This document shows, piece by piece, positions 49,332 through 59,501 of a stretch of 64,000 nt of DNA. How positions within the stretch are numbered: the first letter of the stretch is position 1; each line of letters begins with the position of its first letter. The stretch lies in assembly GCA_965203355.1 (NCBI GenBank), contig OZ241889.1:608001-672000 (forward strand), read 5' to 3'. Under the pieces are notes generated by a model. The model saw only the letters and a list, made by a program, of their open reading frames with translations. It did not search any database and was not told the DNA's origin. A program made the position numbers and the translations under genes. This stretch comes from Candidatus Latescibacterota bacterium (GTDB taxonomy: Bacteria > Latescibacterota > UBA2968 > UBA8231).

Positions 49332-49758
49332 AAAGACCTTTCTTTTGCACCCGCATTTGTACGCGCCTTTCTGTTCCGTCGCCAAACCGCAACACCAACT
49401 CCACCTCATCGCCATCCCGCAGCGGCTGGCGCAGTTCCATCAGCATCAAATGGGTGCCACCCGGCTCCAGCGCAACCTCTTCACCTGCTGGGATCGGCAG
49501 CTCCGCGACTCGGCGCATCGTCATCCGGTCGTCCTTGTATTCCATTACGTGTATCTCTGTTTGCTCGGCGACCTCGGTTTCCACAGCGACCCATGCGATG
49601 GATTCGCCGCCGCGATTTTCAACGACCAAGTAACCAGCCGCTGGGCTGCGCGGGGGCGGCTCGCGGATCCAAGCGTCGCGCACGACGATGGGGTCGCCGG
49701 TATGCTCTTTTGCACATCCAAACACCGAAACCAACAAAAACGCAACGGCAATTTTCAC
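49318..49758 (-). CDS. Copper chaperone PCu(A)C
   Basis: DAWIR, AAGY, EIH...M.M, LEPGGTHLML. Confidence 0.95.
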   Translation of the reverse strand: MKIAVAFLLVSVFGCAKEHTGDPIVVRDAWIREPPPRSPAAGYLVVENRGGESIAWVAVETEVAEQTEIHVMEYKDDRMTMRRVAELPIPAGEEVALEPGGTHLMLMELRQPLRDGDEVELVLRFGDGTERRVQMRVQKKGLYESD

Positions 49759-49774
49759 CGGATGTCTTCCTTAC

Positions 49775-50587
49775 TCAGACCTTGACGCCAATCACGCCAA
49801 CCATGGGCGGCGATGCAATGCGAGCTTGCGGATCGAGGGCGTTTGCCTGCCATTCTTCCCAGTGCGCCGCGCACTCTTCCTCGCGCAAGACGCCGCGTAC
49901 CACAAGCTCGGGCAGATATACGCGCAGGAACCGCTCTATCCAGCACCAGATGCGGTCCCCCGGGCGGACCATACCGGCGATGGGAACGACCTCCACGACC
50001 TCCAAACCACACCGCGCCATCAGCTCCGGCAGCTTCCCGCCGATTTCCAATCCCTCGCCAAAACTCGCATGGACCGCCTGCAACACGCGTCGCAAGTGGG
50101 GATACCCAATCCGGGCGACAAACGCGCCATAAGCGCAGTAATCCACAATCGCGAAGCGACCGCCCGTTCTCAGCACTCGCGCCACCCGCTCTATCACCTC
50201 TTGCGGCTCCTCTATGAAACAGAACAACCAGCGGGCAAACGCAGCGTCCATAGAAGCGGCCGGCAGATCCAGGGTGCGGACATCCGCTACGGCGATCTCG
50301 ACTTGCCGCAAGCCGGCTGACGCGGCGCGACGCCGGAGAAAGTCCGCGAACTTCGGCGATCCATCAACCGCCAAAATGCGCCCGGCCGCCCCCACGCGCT
50401 CGGCCAGCTCTAAGCTGGTAAAACCCGGTCCGCAACCGAGATCGAGAATCGCCTGCCCAACGCTGAAATCGGCACGCTCCCACAAGTCTGTGGTCTCGGG
50501 GTGCCACGTGTGGTGCTGCGCCCGTAGGCGTCGCAGTTCCTCGTCGTCGGTCCCCAACAAATAATCGCGTTCGGCAGCGGTGCTCAC
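49775..50587 (-). CDS. Class I SAM-dependent methyltransferase
   Basis: YLLGTDDEELRRL, LDLGCGPG, RVLRTGG. Confidence 0.9.
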   Translation of the reverse strand: MSTAAERDYLLGTDDEELRRLRAQHHTWHPETTDLWERADFSVGQAILDLGCGPGFTSLELAERVGAAGRILAVDGSPKFADFLRRRAASAGLRQVEIAVADVRTLDLPAASMDAAFARWLFCFIEEPQEVIERVARVLRTGGRFAIVDYCAYGAFVARIGYPHLRRVLQAVHASFGEGLEIGGKLPELMARCGLEVVEVVPIAGMVRPGDRIWCWIERFLRVYLPELVVRGVLREEECAAHWEEWQANALDPQARIASPPMVGVIGVKV

Positions 50588-50593
50588 GGGTGC

Positions 50594-51814
50594 TTACTCC
50601 GGTGGCAAGACCAAGTACTCGCCCGTGCGGATCCCATAGCTCTCGCCGAGTTCCGGGTACGCGACCCCCGCTCGGCCATTCCAGTCCCAGACCACTTCGC
50701 CATCCTTGACCGTCAGCTCGCAAAACAGCCGCTGCTGGCCGTCCAACCGGCCATCGAAAGAATCGGCGTAGCCAAACTCTCCCTCCATCCGCTTCAAAGC
50801 CGCCACATCGGCCACGGCACCTACCGAGAGATGGCCCAACTCGGGGTGGCCAATCTCCTGCGCGGGGTTGATGGTTGAGGCGCGAATGACCTCCCCGAGC
50901 GGCATGCCCATCACCAAGAATTTCGACATGGTCGTCGCCATATCGAGCATACCCATATTCATGCAGAGGACGTGCAAGTCGGTCGAGATCGAGTCTGGGT
51001 AAAAGCCTTGGGCGATGGCTGGGACCGCATTGCGGAAACAGAAACTGCCGCCGCCGTGCCCCACGTCCAAGATGACGCCCCTGGCCCGCGCCTCGTGTAG
51101 ATAGGGCAACACCTTTCCCTCGGCATCAAACCACGGCGTCGGTCCGCGGAAGATGTGGGTGCTTATGTCGCCTCGGCGCAGTTTTTCGCCCAAGAGCTGG
51201 TAGTAGGGGCGTTCCTTTCTGAAGTAGCCAAAGTCGATCATCACCCGCGTCGCAGCCTTTTCAGCGGCCGCGAGTGCGCGATCGACCGAAACCCATTCAG
51301 GACCCATGTAGTGCGCCGTCTTGATGCCAACGACTACATCCTCGTTTTCGCGCGCCACGGCCGCTGTCTTGTCGGGATCCATGTCGTACGGGTTCTGCTC
51401 GTGGTCGGTAGAGGTCATCCCAGTCCCGGCGATATTGACCAGCGCGAAGAGCCGCGTCTGGCAGCGGTCGATTACCCGATAGCGAAAATCCTCAAAGTTA
51501 CGCCAGCCCGCGCTCCCGGTATCCACCATCGTCGTCACTCCAGTGCGGAAACTAAAGCCGTCGGGCAGGATGCTGTTGTCGCCAGCCCACGTATCGCGGT
51601 GGCCAGCCGTGGCATAGGCGTGGATGTGGACATCTACCAGCCCTGGCGTCACGTAGAGTCCGCTCACGTCGATGACCTGCCCTGCACCCTCGGTCGGCAA
51701 GTCCACATCTACAGCCGCGATCACCTGCCCTGTGATGCCGATGTCCTTGGGCGCGTCAATGCCGTTTTGGGGATCAATCAGATGACCGCCCTTGAGTACG
51801 AGATCAAACTGCAT
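50594..51814 (-). CDS. Amidohydrolase/deacetylase family metallohydrolase (dihydroorotase-like)
   Basis: PGLVDVHIH, GVTTMVDTGS, DVGHGGGSF, ISTDLH, GAVADV. Confidence 0.9.
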   Translation of the reverse strand: MQFDLVLKGGHLIDPQNGIDAPKDIGITGQVIAAVDVDLPTEGAGQVIDVSGLYVTPGLVDVHIHAYATAGHRDTWAGDNSILPDGFSFRTGVTTMVDTGSAGWRNFEDFRYRVIDRCQTRLFALVNIAGTGMTSTDHEQNPYDMDPDKTAAVARENEDVVVGIKTAHYMGPEWVSVDRALAAAEKAATRVMIDFGYFRKERPYYQLLGEKLRRGDISTHIFRGPTPWFDAEGKVLPYLHEARARGVILDVGHGGGSFCFRNAVPAIAQGFYPDSISTDLHVLCMNMGMLDMATTMSKFLVMGMPLGEVIRASTINPAQEIGHPELGHLSVGAVADVAALKRMEGEFGYADSFDGRLDGQQRLFCELTVKDGEVVWDWNGRAGVAYPELGESYGIRTGEYLVLPPE

Positions 51815-51874
51815 GGTTAAACTTCTCCGAGAAGGGGATGAAGGTTGAAAAATAAAAAACAGCGTCGCTTTTTG

Positions 51875-52948
51875 CTACGCGCCCAGCCGTCCGGCTCCAG
51901 CGTTGGGGCCGCAAGCTGCCTCCCCATGCGAAGGCAGCTTGCGCGTAAACCGCGCAAACAATGCTTTGAGCGCAGCGTCGCTACGCGCCACAAGGCTGGT
52001 CACGATCACGGTTGCCCAGACGCTGCGCCGCGAAATTTTAACCTGCTGCCCACTGGTAAAATCCGCGTGGGCGTGGATGCGGCGCAACGTCAGCACGGCC
52101 ATGCCCAACGCCCAAAGGCAGAACCGACGAATGCCAAGTTCGCGCTCGGGGATGAGCAACGTGAACGCGAGCGCATTACCGAGGTGCATCCGGGCCAAGC
52201 CGACTAGTTTGCCCAGTGCCGTGCGGAACGCGGCATTCGTCTGGCCGGCCTCAAGCGAGCGCAAGTCAAACCCGGCTTGCTGAAACACGTCGCGCGGCAA
52301 CCAACACGCACCGCGTGCCCGGTCGTCCCAGATGTCCTTGAGGATGTTGGTCATCTGCAAGCCCTGGCCGAACGACACGGCGAGTTGCAACAACCTCTCG
52401 CGCTGGCGGTCGATTTCCGCCGAATAATCGCAGAACAGCTCAGTGAGCATTTCGCCGACGACCCCAGCGACGTGATAGCAGTAGCGGTCGAGATGAGAGA
52501 GATCGTCTAGACCTTTGAGGCCCGGGCTTTGCTGGAACTCGGCCATGCCGTGCGACATGATCCGCACACAGCGCACGAGTGCGGTGCGCTGCCGCTCGGA
52601 AAACCCTTGCGTGAGCCGCAGCACCCTGGGGGTATTGGCCACAAGCTGGTGCTCGGCGGGCAACATGCTGTTGGACAGGCGCGGCGCGAGCTGCCCGGCG
52701 AATGGAGCGGGCGGCTCCTCTCCGGCAACGACCCGGACAAATCGCTCGGAAAACTCGCGTTTTTCACTGGCCGAAAGGATTGGATCGTCCTCGATCGTGT
52801 CGGCGATGCGGCACAGCAGATACGCGTTGCCAACGACATCGCGCAGGCCCGCTGGAAGCTGCGGAATGGTCAGCGCGAACGTGCGCGAAACCCCTTGTAG
52901 GATCGCGCCCTGCCATGCGAGATCAGCAGTGTGTTCGTCAGTCGTCAT
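51875..52948 (-). CDS. Squalene/phytoene synthase family, single-enzyme squalene synthase type
   Basis: VSRTFAL, YLLCRIADTIEDD, YCYHVAGVVG, GLQMTNILKD. Confidence 0.9.
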   Translation of the reverse strand: MTTDEHTADLAWQGAILQGVSRTFALTIPQLPAGLRDVVGNAYLLCRIADTIEDDPILSASEKREFSERFVRVVAGEEPPAPFAGQLAPRLSNSMLPAEHQLVANTPRVLRLTQGFSERQRTALVRCVRIMSHGMAEFQQSPGLKGLDDLSHLDRYCYHVAGVVGEMLTELFCDYSAEIDRQRERLLQLAVSFGQGLQMTNILKDIWDDRARGACWLPRDVFQQAGFDLRSLEAGQTNAAFRTALGKLVGLARMHLGNALAFTLLIPERELGIRRFCLWALGMAVLTLRRIHAHADFTSGQQVKISRRSVWATVIVTSLVARSDAALKALFARFTRKLPSHGEAACGPNAGAGRLGA

Positions 52949-53037
52949 GAGTGTCTCGACGTGGTTTGGTATAAAATATATTTTAAAGTGGCTCTATTAA
53001 CGAAACAGGCCCTATCAATACACGTTACTGAGAACTT

Positions 53038-53667
53038 GTGAAAATAGACCTTAACCATCGTTTCAAGGGCGTCAACTACATCGAGTCGCCCAATCAAGGC
53101 GACCTCTTTGCCCGCGGGCTACCGGACACCATCATCATTCATTATACAGCCAGCGCCAACGCCGAGTCGGCCATCCACACGCTCTGCGACCGAGAGCGCC
53201 AAGTCTCGGCTCACGTGGTCGTCGGCCGCGACGGTGCCGTGACCCAGCTTTTGCCCTTTAACACCGTTGGCTGGCACGCGGGCCGCAGCCAGTGGCGAGA
53301 CCGCACGAGCTTCAACCAGTACTCCATCGGCATCGAGATCGACAACGCAGGCCAGCTCTGGAAGCAAGACGGGCACTACGAGTCGTGGTTTGGACAGACG
53401 TATCCGGCCGCAGAGGTCGTGCGCGGCGCACACCGCAACCAGAACCTGCCCGGTGCCCATCCGCAGATCCGTCGGCCTGTTTGCTATTGGCATCGCTATG
53501 CACAAGTGCAACTCGATGTCGTCGAGGCCATTTGCGCCGCGCTGATTGCGGCCTACGGGATACGCTACATCCTCGGGCACGAAGAGATCGCCCCCGATCG
53601 CAAGGTCGATCCCGGCCCGGCCTTTCCGCTCGACGAAATGCGCACCCGGCTTTTGGCCATCGCCTAA
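53038..53667 (+). CDS. N-acetylmuramoyl-L-alanine amidase (Amidase_2/AmpD-like)
   Basis: SPN, IIIHYT, VSAH, WHAGRS, SIGIEI, GHEEIAP.RK.DPG. Confidence 0.95.
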   Translation: MKIDLNHRFKGVNYIESPNQGDLFARGLPDTIIIHYTASANAESAIHTLCDRERQVSAHVVVGRDGAVTQLLPFNTVGWHAGRSQWRDRTSFNQYSIGIEIDNAGQLWKQDGHYESWFGQTYPAAEVVRGAHRNQNLPGAHPQIRRPVCYWHRYAQVQLDVVEAICAALIAAYGIRYILGHEEIAPDRKVDPGPAFPLDEMRTRLLAIA

Positions 53668-53713
53668 CAGCGGTTCGTCGCCCAGGCGATGCATCGCAGG
53701 AGACGCGAAACCT

Positions 53714-54694
53714 TTGGCAGCACAAGCACCCGCCATTGATGTCCGCGAATTGAGCAAGACCTATGCGGTCCCCGTGCGCGAAGGCGGCTTGGCCGCGGCG
53801 CTCAAGAGCCTCGTGCAGCGCCAGATGCGTCACGTCGAAGCGGTCAAGCAGATCAGCTTTGCGGTCGCTCCCGGCGAGATGGTCGGCTTTTTGGGACCCA
53901 ATGGCGCGGGCAAGACCACCAGCCTCAAGATGCTTTCGGGCCTACTACACCCTTCCGGTGGACAAGGGCGAGTCCTCGGTTTTGAGCCATTCAAACGGCA
54001 GCGCGATTTCCTCCGCCAGATCACCTTGGTGATGGGCAATCGCAACCAGCTACTGTGGGACATCCCCGTAATCGACTCCTTTGAGCGCAACCGAGCCATC
54101 TATCGTCTAGAGCGGAGCGCGTACCGGCAAACGGTTGAAGAATTGACCGTGCTTCTCGACTTAGACGCGCTCCTCGACAAGCCCGTGCGCAACCTCTCCT
54201 TGGGCGAGCGTATGAAGTGCGAAATTGCCGCCGCGCTTTTACACAAGCCGCAAGTCCTCTTCCTCGACGAGCCGACCATCGGCCTCGACGTGACCATGCA
54301 GCGGCGGATCCGCGCCTTTTTAACCGAATACAATCAGCGCTACCGAGCCACTGTGCTTCTCACCAGTCACTACATGGCCGACGTCGAGGCTTTGTGCAAA
54401 CGGGTCGTGGTCATCCACCGCGGCCTGCTGCTGTTTGACGGCCAACTCACCGAGCTTGTGCAGCGTTTCTCACCGCACAAGACGATCATCGTCGAGCTGG
54501 AAAACGGGCACGGTGACCTCGGCGGCTATGGGGAGATCGTCGCCAGTAGCGCAGGGCGCGTATCGCTGCGAGTGCCCAAGGCCGAGACAGCGCAGGTGAC
54601 CGGACGGATCCTCAGCGAGCAACCTGTTCTCGACCTGACGGTGGAGGACCCGCCGATTGAGGACGTGATCGAGGAGGTCTTTGAACGCGCATGA
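53714..54694 (+). CDS. ABC transporter ATP-binding protein
   Basis: GPNGAGKTT, LSLGERM, LDEPT, TSH. Start placed at TTG 53714 after AGGAG. Confidence 0.95.
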   Translation: MAAQAPAIDVRELSKTYAVPVREGGLAAALKSLVQRQMRHVEAVKQISFAVAPGEMVGFLGPNGAGKTTSLKMLSGLLHPSGGQGRVLGFEPFKRQRDFLRQITLVMGNRNQLLWDIPVIDSFERNRAIYRLERSAYRQTVEELTVLLDLDALLDKPVRNLSLGERMKCEIAAALLHKPQVLFLDEPTIGLDVTMQRRIRAFLTEYNQRYRATVLLTSHYMADVEALCKRVVVIHRGLLLFDGQLTELVQRFSPHKTIIVELENGHGDLGGYGEIVASSAGRVSLRVPKAETAQVTGRILSEQPVLDLTVEDPPIEDVIEEVFERA

Positions 54695-55494
54695 GAGGGC
54701 TGGCCGACATCTACTCCACGCTCTTTCGCACCGATCTGGCCATGCAGTTCCAGTACCGGGCAGAGATGGTGATCTGGCTGATCGGGCGCATCGTCGATAC
54801 GCTGGTCTTCCTTTCCGTGTGGACCGCGGTAGCCCGCTCCAAAGGCGGGCAAGTGGGAGACTTCGCCAGCGGGGACTTCGCCGCCTACTACATCATCATG
54901 ATGATGATGGGACACCTGACCTTTACTTGGTTCATGTTCGAGTTTGAATATCGGGTGCGGTCGGGCACCTTCTCGCCACTCCTGATTCAGCCCTTGCACC
55001 CGATCCATCGCGACATCGCCCAGAATATCTCCTATAAATTCCTAACCCTAGCGGTCATGCTGCCGACGGTGGGGCTGATGGTCTGGATTTTCGATCCGGT
55101 CTTCAACCCGCCGACTTGGGCAATTTGGGCTGCGATACCCGTCGTCCTGCTGGCGTTCCTGATGCGCTTTTTCGTCGAGTGGGCACTGGCTTTAGTAGCT
55201 CTGTGGACCACGCGCACGGCCGCAGCCAACCAACTCTACTTCGCGGCCTTGCTTTTCTTTTCGGGCCAGATGGCACCGCTGTCGCTGTTGCCCGAGTGGC
55301 TCCAGACGTTGGCCGCGCTGTTGCCTTTCCGCTGGATGCTGGCCTTTCCCACCGAGCTTCTGCTCGGGCGGCTCACGCCCCCCGAAGTGCTCTGGGGCGC
55401 GGCAACGCAGGTGGCGTGGCTGGGGCTGAGTTGGGGAATTATGGCTGTGGTCTGGTCGCGCGGTGTGCGCCGATACTCGGCGGTCGGCTCGTGA
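54691..55494 (+). CDS. ABC-2 family permease (DUF990 type)
   Basis: QYRAE, GTFSPLLIQPLHP, SGQMAPL, LPFRW, YSAVG. Confidence 0.9.
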   Translation: MRGLADIYSTLFRTDLAMQFQYRAEMVIWLIGRIVDTLVFLSVWTAVARSKGGQVGDFASGDFAAYYIIMMMMGHLTFTWFMFEFEYRVRSGTFSPLLIQPLHPIHRDIAQNISYKFLTLAVMLPTVGLMVWIFDPVFNPPTWAIWAAIPVVLLAFLMRFFVEWALALVALWTTRTAAANQLYFAALLFFSGQMAPLSLLPEWLQTLAALLPFRWMLAFPTELLLGRLTPPEVLWGAATQVAWLGLSWGIMAVVWSRGVRRYSAVGS

Positions 55495-56276
55495 ACTACT
55501 TGCGGCTCCTGTGGGTCTTCCTGCGCGTCGGCGCGATGAACGAGCTGGCGTACCGAGCCAATTTCTGGGTGCAGCTCTTGCAGAGCTTGCTCAACTTGGG
55601 CGTCGCGCTGGCGGGCTTAGCGGTGATTTTTTCGCACACCGAGGAACTAGGCGGTTGGCAACCGGCCGAGTTGGTAGCACTCTTGGGGGTGTTCTTCCTG
55701 ATGAGCGGCCTGATTGGCGCGCTGATTCAGCCATCCATGCAGCGCTTTATGGAGGACATTCGCCTAGGCACGCTGGACTTTACCCTCACTAAGCCGGAAG
55801 ATGCACAAGTGCTAGTGAGCATCGGCGAGGTGCGGGTCTGGAAGTTCTTGGACGTAGTGCAGGGAATGATCCTGATTGCCGTGGCAATCGTCGAAATCGG
55901 GATGCAGACGAGCCTGGCCCACTCCGCGGGATTTGCCCTGACGCTTGCGGCTGGCGTGGCAATCGTCTACAGTTTTTGGCTGGTACTAGCAACGACCGCG
56001 TTTTGGTTTATCCGCGCGGAGAACATCCTCGTCATCTTCCAAGCCGTTTACAGTGCTGGCAAGTATCCAGTGGCCATCTATCCGCGCTGGCTCAAGCTGG
56101 CGATGACTTTTCTGGTGCCGGTGGCCTTTGCGGTGACCGTGCCTTCGGAAGCCTTGGTGGGGAGGTTGTCGCCCGCGGTGTTGGGGGGCGCATTGGCGAT
56201 GGCCGGGGGCATGTTGGTGGGAGCGCGGGCGTTTTGGTTGTGGGGGGTGCGGCACTATTCAGGAGCGTCGGCCTAG
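55491..56276 (+). CDS. ABC-2 family permease (DUF990 type)
   Basis: YRANF, GGW, GTLDFTLTKP, YPVAIY, YSGAS. GTG 55491 overlaps the previous stop. Confidence 0.9.
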   Translation: MNYLRLLWVFLRVGAMNELAYRANFWVQLLQSLLNLGVALAGLAVIFSHTEELGGWQPAELVALLGVFFLMSGLIGALIQPSMQRFMEDIRLGTLDFTLTKPEDAQVLVSIGEVRVWKFLDVVQGMILIAVAIVEIGMQTSLAHSAGFALTLAAGVAIVYSFWLVLATTAFWFIRAENILVIFQAVYSAGKYPVAIYPRWLKLAMTFLVPVAFAVTVPSEALVGRLSPAVLGGALAMAGGMLVGARAFWLWGVRHYSGASA

Positions 56277-56329
56277 CGATCAGTCCATTTTGCATTCTCG
56301 CAGGAAGGGGTAACAGAGGGGTAACAGAC

Positions 56330-57346
56330 ATGAGTGACGGACAAAGCAGTATGCACGTCGGAGTGCAGGGGATCGGGACCTCAAAGATGGAGTTGGAGTT
56401 TCTGGTGCGACACGGGGTGACCCACATGGACGCCCTTGTTGAGGACAACGAGGTCGAGACCTTAGTGCGGCACAAAGAAGAGGCGGCTGAGTACGGGGTG
56501 AGTATGGAGTCGCTCCACATCCGCGTACCCAAAAGCATCACGCTGGCGCAAGACCCACAGCGCGACCGGGACCTCGACGAGGTCTGCCGCTGGATCGAAA
56601 ACGCGGGCAAGGCCGGCCTGCGGGCCTTGCTCTACAACTTCTGCATCCTGCCACACCAGCGCACCGAATCCACGCCCGGGCGCGGGGGCGTGACGTACAG
56701 CTCGTTTGACCTCGCGAAATTCGACAACCAAACGCTGAGCGAGGCGGGCATAGTCAGCCGCGAAGAGGCGTTTGAGCGGGCGGCCTATTGGCTGGAGCGC
56801 GTGATTCCGGTCGCCGAGGAAAACAAGGTCCAGCTAGCCTGCCATCTCGACGACCCGCCCGCTCCGGTACTGCGCGGCGTCGAGCGCTGGAACTGGCCGG
56901 TGATGGAGGGGCTCAAGCGTTTTTCCGAGCTGGTCGACAGCCCGTATCACGGCTTTAACTTTTGCTGCGGCGTGGCATCGGAAGGGCTGGAGAATCCGGC
57001 CGAGGAACTCTGCGCCATCGTGCGCTACTTCGGCGAGCGCAAGAAACTCTTCAACATCCACTACCGCAACATCAAGGGCGGGTTGCACAACTTCCAAGAA
57101 GTCTGGCCCGACGAAGGCGACGTGGACATGCACGAGGTGGCGCGCACCCTGAGGGACGTAGGCTATGAATACATGCTGATGCCCGACCACGCGCCGTCCC
57201 ACCCCGACGACAAGGCTCCCGAGGGCGTATCGGGCCGCGTACGCCAAGCTTGGGCGTTTCAGTTCGGATATATCATCGCCATGATCCAAGCGGTGAACAA
57301 AGAGCGGTCCGGCCGCAGTATTGGGGCCGCAGTGCCAGCGGCCTAG
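56330..57346 (+). CDS. uxuA: Mannonate dehydratase (UxuA) family protein
   Basis: YNF, VIPVAEE..V.LACHLDDPP, FCCG, IHYRN, DEGDVDM, MPDHAP. Confidence 0.85.
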   Translation: MSDGQSSMHVGVQGIGTSKMELEFLVRHGVTHMDALVEDNEVETLVRHKEEAAEYGVSMESLHIRVPKSITLAQDPQRDRDLDEVCRWIENAGKAGLRALLYNFCILPHQRTESTPGRGGVTYSSFDLAKFDNQTLSEAGIVSREEAFERAAYWLERVIPVAEENKVQLACHLDDPPAPVLRGVERWNWPVMEGLKRFSELVDSPYHGFNFCCGVASEGLENPAEELCAIVRYFGERKKLFNIHYRNIKGGLHNFQEVWPDEGDVDMHEVARTLRDVGYEYMLMPDHAPSHPDDKAPEGVSGRVRQAWAFQFGYIIAMIQAVNKERSGRSIGAAVPAA

Positions 57347-57368
57347 GGCAGAACCGGAAATCCGCGGC

Positions 57369-58274
57369 ATGTCGATTCATTGGCTTAGATCAGTACTATT
57401 GCTGGCCCTGCTCAGCTCGTTTAGCGGAGCTCAGTCCCGAGCAGAACAGGCCTTGAGGCGGGACATGCAGGCGTTGGAGGAGTTCGTCTTTCTAGTGGGC
57501 TTAGCCAGTGGAGCGGCTCTACTGGTCTCGCTCGGGCTACTCGTTGCGCGGTGGCGGATGGGAACGGTGCGGGCGCGGTGCTTTGTCTTGCGCGGCGACG
57601 AGGGCCAACCAATCGCTCAATTGGTGCAAGGCCCTAATGGCGGCGGCGAGTTGGAGATGAGAGATGCCGACGGTGAAATCACCGCGGTGCTGGGCAGTGG
57701 ACTTAAGTTGTGCGGCCAATCAGGGCAGGTGCGAGCCGACTTGCGGATGGAGAGCGATAAGGCCCCACTGCTGGAACTCTACGATGACCAAGGCGAAGTG
57801 CGGGCCAGCCTTTCGCTGAGCGAGGACGGGGCCGGCAGTTTGGCCTTTTACGACGAAAAAGGGCAGCCTCGCACGGGCCTGGGCAGCGGCCACGCCGGCG
57901 CAATGCGGCTGAGTTTCTTCGACAAGCAAGGACGGTTGCGGCTGCAAAGCGGCATTGAGGACGAAGAGACTCCCTCGCTCAAACTCTACGATGACCAAGG
58001 CGAAGTGCGAGCCACCTTGAGTGTGCAGGCCACCGATGGCATGACCCTGCTCGAAATGCGCGACCAAAACGGCCACACGCGCACCATCGTCGGGGTACTA
58101 GAAGAGGGAATCGCTTGGCTTGGAGTTCTCGACGAGGAACAGCGTTTCCGCGCGGGCTTAGGCGCCCCGACCCTCGGCAATCCCAAGCTGGACTTCTACG
58201 ACGAAGCCGGGGAGACGCGGGCCTCCTTGCACATCGACAACCAAGGCCGCTTTAAGACCGAGCCGGATTCTTAG
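57369..58274 (+). CDS. Membrane-anchored hypothetical protein with ~23-aa beta repeats
   Basis: TM helix followed by about 9 repeats of L.(L/F)YD..G..RA.L. Nucleotide repeat AACTCTACGATGACCAAGGCGAAGTGCG near 57775 and 57982. Confidence 0.7.
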   Translation: MSIHWLRSVLLLALLSSFSGAQSRAEQALRRDMQALEEFVFLVGLASGAALLVSLGLLVARWRMGTVRARCFVLRGDEGQPIAQLVQGPNGGGELEMRDADGEITAVLGSGLKLCGQSGQVRADLRMESDKAPLLELYDDQGEVRASLSLSEDGAGSLAFYDEKGQPRTGLGSGHAGAMRLSFFDKQGRLRLQSGIEDEETPSLKLYDDQGEVRATLSVQATDGMTLLEMRDQNGHTRTIVGVLEEGIAWLGVLDEEQRFRAGLGAPTLGNPKLDFYDEAGETRASLHIDNQGRFKTEPDS

Positions 58275-58289
58275 CGCTGGGAGAACGCC

Positions 58290-59501
58290 GTGGATATAGC
58301 GGGGAAAAGTCTGCTCGCTCTCAGAGACCACTATCGGCATTACCTCTTTGAAGAGTACCTGCCCTTTTGGGACCAGTACGGGATAGACCACGAGCTGGGC
58401 GGGTTTATCTGCGCTCTGGATCACGACGGCACGTGCGTAGAAGATAGAAAAAACATGTGGTATCAGGGGCGCGGTTTGTGGACCTATTCGTATCTGTACC
58501 AGCACTTTGGCGGGGAGGAATTCTTGCAGGTGGCGCGCAAGGCCCGCGATTTTCTTCTCGCGCATGGCCGAGACCGCGCCGGCGATTGGGTAACGGCGTT
58601 GGATCGGCGGGGGCGGGTCATCTCGCCGGCCACGCAGAGGGGCTACGAGGGTCTTTTCGTCGCCGAAGGGCTACAAGCCTACGCCCGGGCAACCGGCGAC
58701 GCAGAGGCCCTTGAAACGGCCATCGCCAGCCTCTGGCAGTCGGTTTCTCTTTTTGACGATCCCGAGCGCCTCGCAGAGGAAAGTTATATCCCGCACAACT
58801 ATCGAGGTATGCGGATACTGGGCAACCACATGGTGCTCGTGTTGGTTCTGACCCAGCTACTCGAACAGGTTGCCGACCCCAAGTTGGAAGCCCTCGCCGA
58901 CCGAGTCGTCGATGCGATTGTCCACCGCTTCTGGCATCCCGAGTACCGCTTGATGAACGAGGCCCTAGACCACGAGTACAGACGGCCCGACGACCCCAAC
59001 GAGGACTTCATCTACCTGGGCCACGCCATCGAGACGCTGTGGATGCTCCTGCCCGAGGCGATGCGCCGCAGCGATCGCGTGCTCTTTGATCTGGCCGCTG
59101 CGCGCTTCCGCCGCCATCTCGAAGTGGCTTGGGATGACGTCTATGGCGGGCTTTTCCGCGCGATGCACGTCCGCGGTGCCTACACCTTCGACAAGGTGCT
59201 CTGGTTGCAGGAAGAGGCCCTGATCGGCTGTCTGATTCTGCTGGAGCACACCGGGCAGGAGTGGGCCGGGGAGTGGTTCGGACGAGTTTTCGATTACGTA
59301 GAAGAGCGGTTTTCGCTCAAGCAGTACGGGTATCCATTGTACTTGTATAGTGGGGACCGCAAGGTGAATTATACTGCCCACGTCTCCCGCAAAGAACACT
59401 ACCACCATCCGCGTTGCGTGATGCAGAACTTACTAGCGTTGGAGAGGATGATCGCACGGGATGGAGCCGTATCGGACTTCTGGAGCGCGGCAACAAGCTA
59501 A
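58290..59501 (+). CDS. AGE family epimerase (N-acylglucosamine 2-epimerase-like)
   Basis: LPFW..GID.E.GG, WYQGR, GHAIE, WD..YGG, HHPR. Confidence 0.9.
   Translation: MDIAGKSLLALRDHYRHYLFEEYLPFWDQYGIDHELGGFICALDHDGTCVEDRKNMWYQGRGLWTYSYLYQHFGGEEFLQVARKARDFLLAHGRDRAGDWVTALDRRGRVISPATQRGYEGLFVAEGLQAYARATGDAEALETAIASLWQSVSLFDDPERLAEESYIPHNYRGMRILGNHMVLVLVLTQLLEQVADPKLEALADRVVDAIVHRFWHPEYRLMNEALDHEYRRPDDPNEDFIYLGHAIETLWMLLPEAMRRSDRVLFDLAAARFRRHLEVAWDDVYGGLFRAMHVRGAYTFDKVLWLQEEALIGCLILLEHTGQEWAGEWFGRVFDYVEERFSLKQYGYPLYLYSGDRKVNYTAHVSRKEHYHHPRCVMQNLLALERMIARDGAVSDFWSAATS

Noticed and set aside
55434-55442. GGGAATTAT as the missing IS1595 right end
   Set aside because: It is on the wrong side of the element, 45 kb away and inside an intact permease gene.
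56306-56327. 11-bp tandem duplication AGGGGTAACAG before uxuA
   Set aside because: Two copies only. It is most simply a local slippage over the RBS with no evidence of function.
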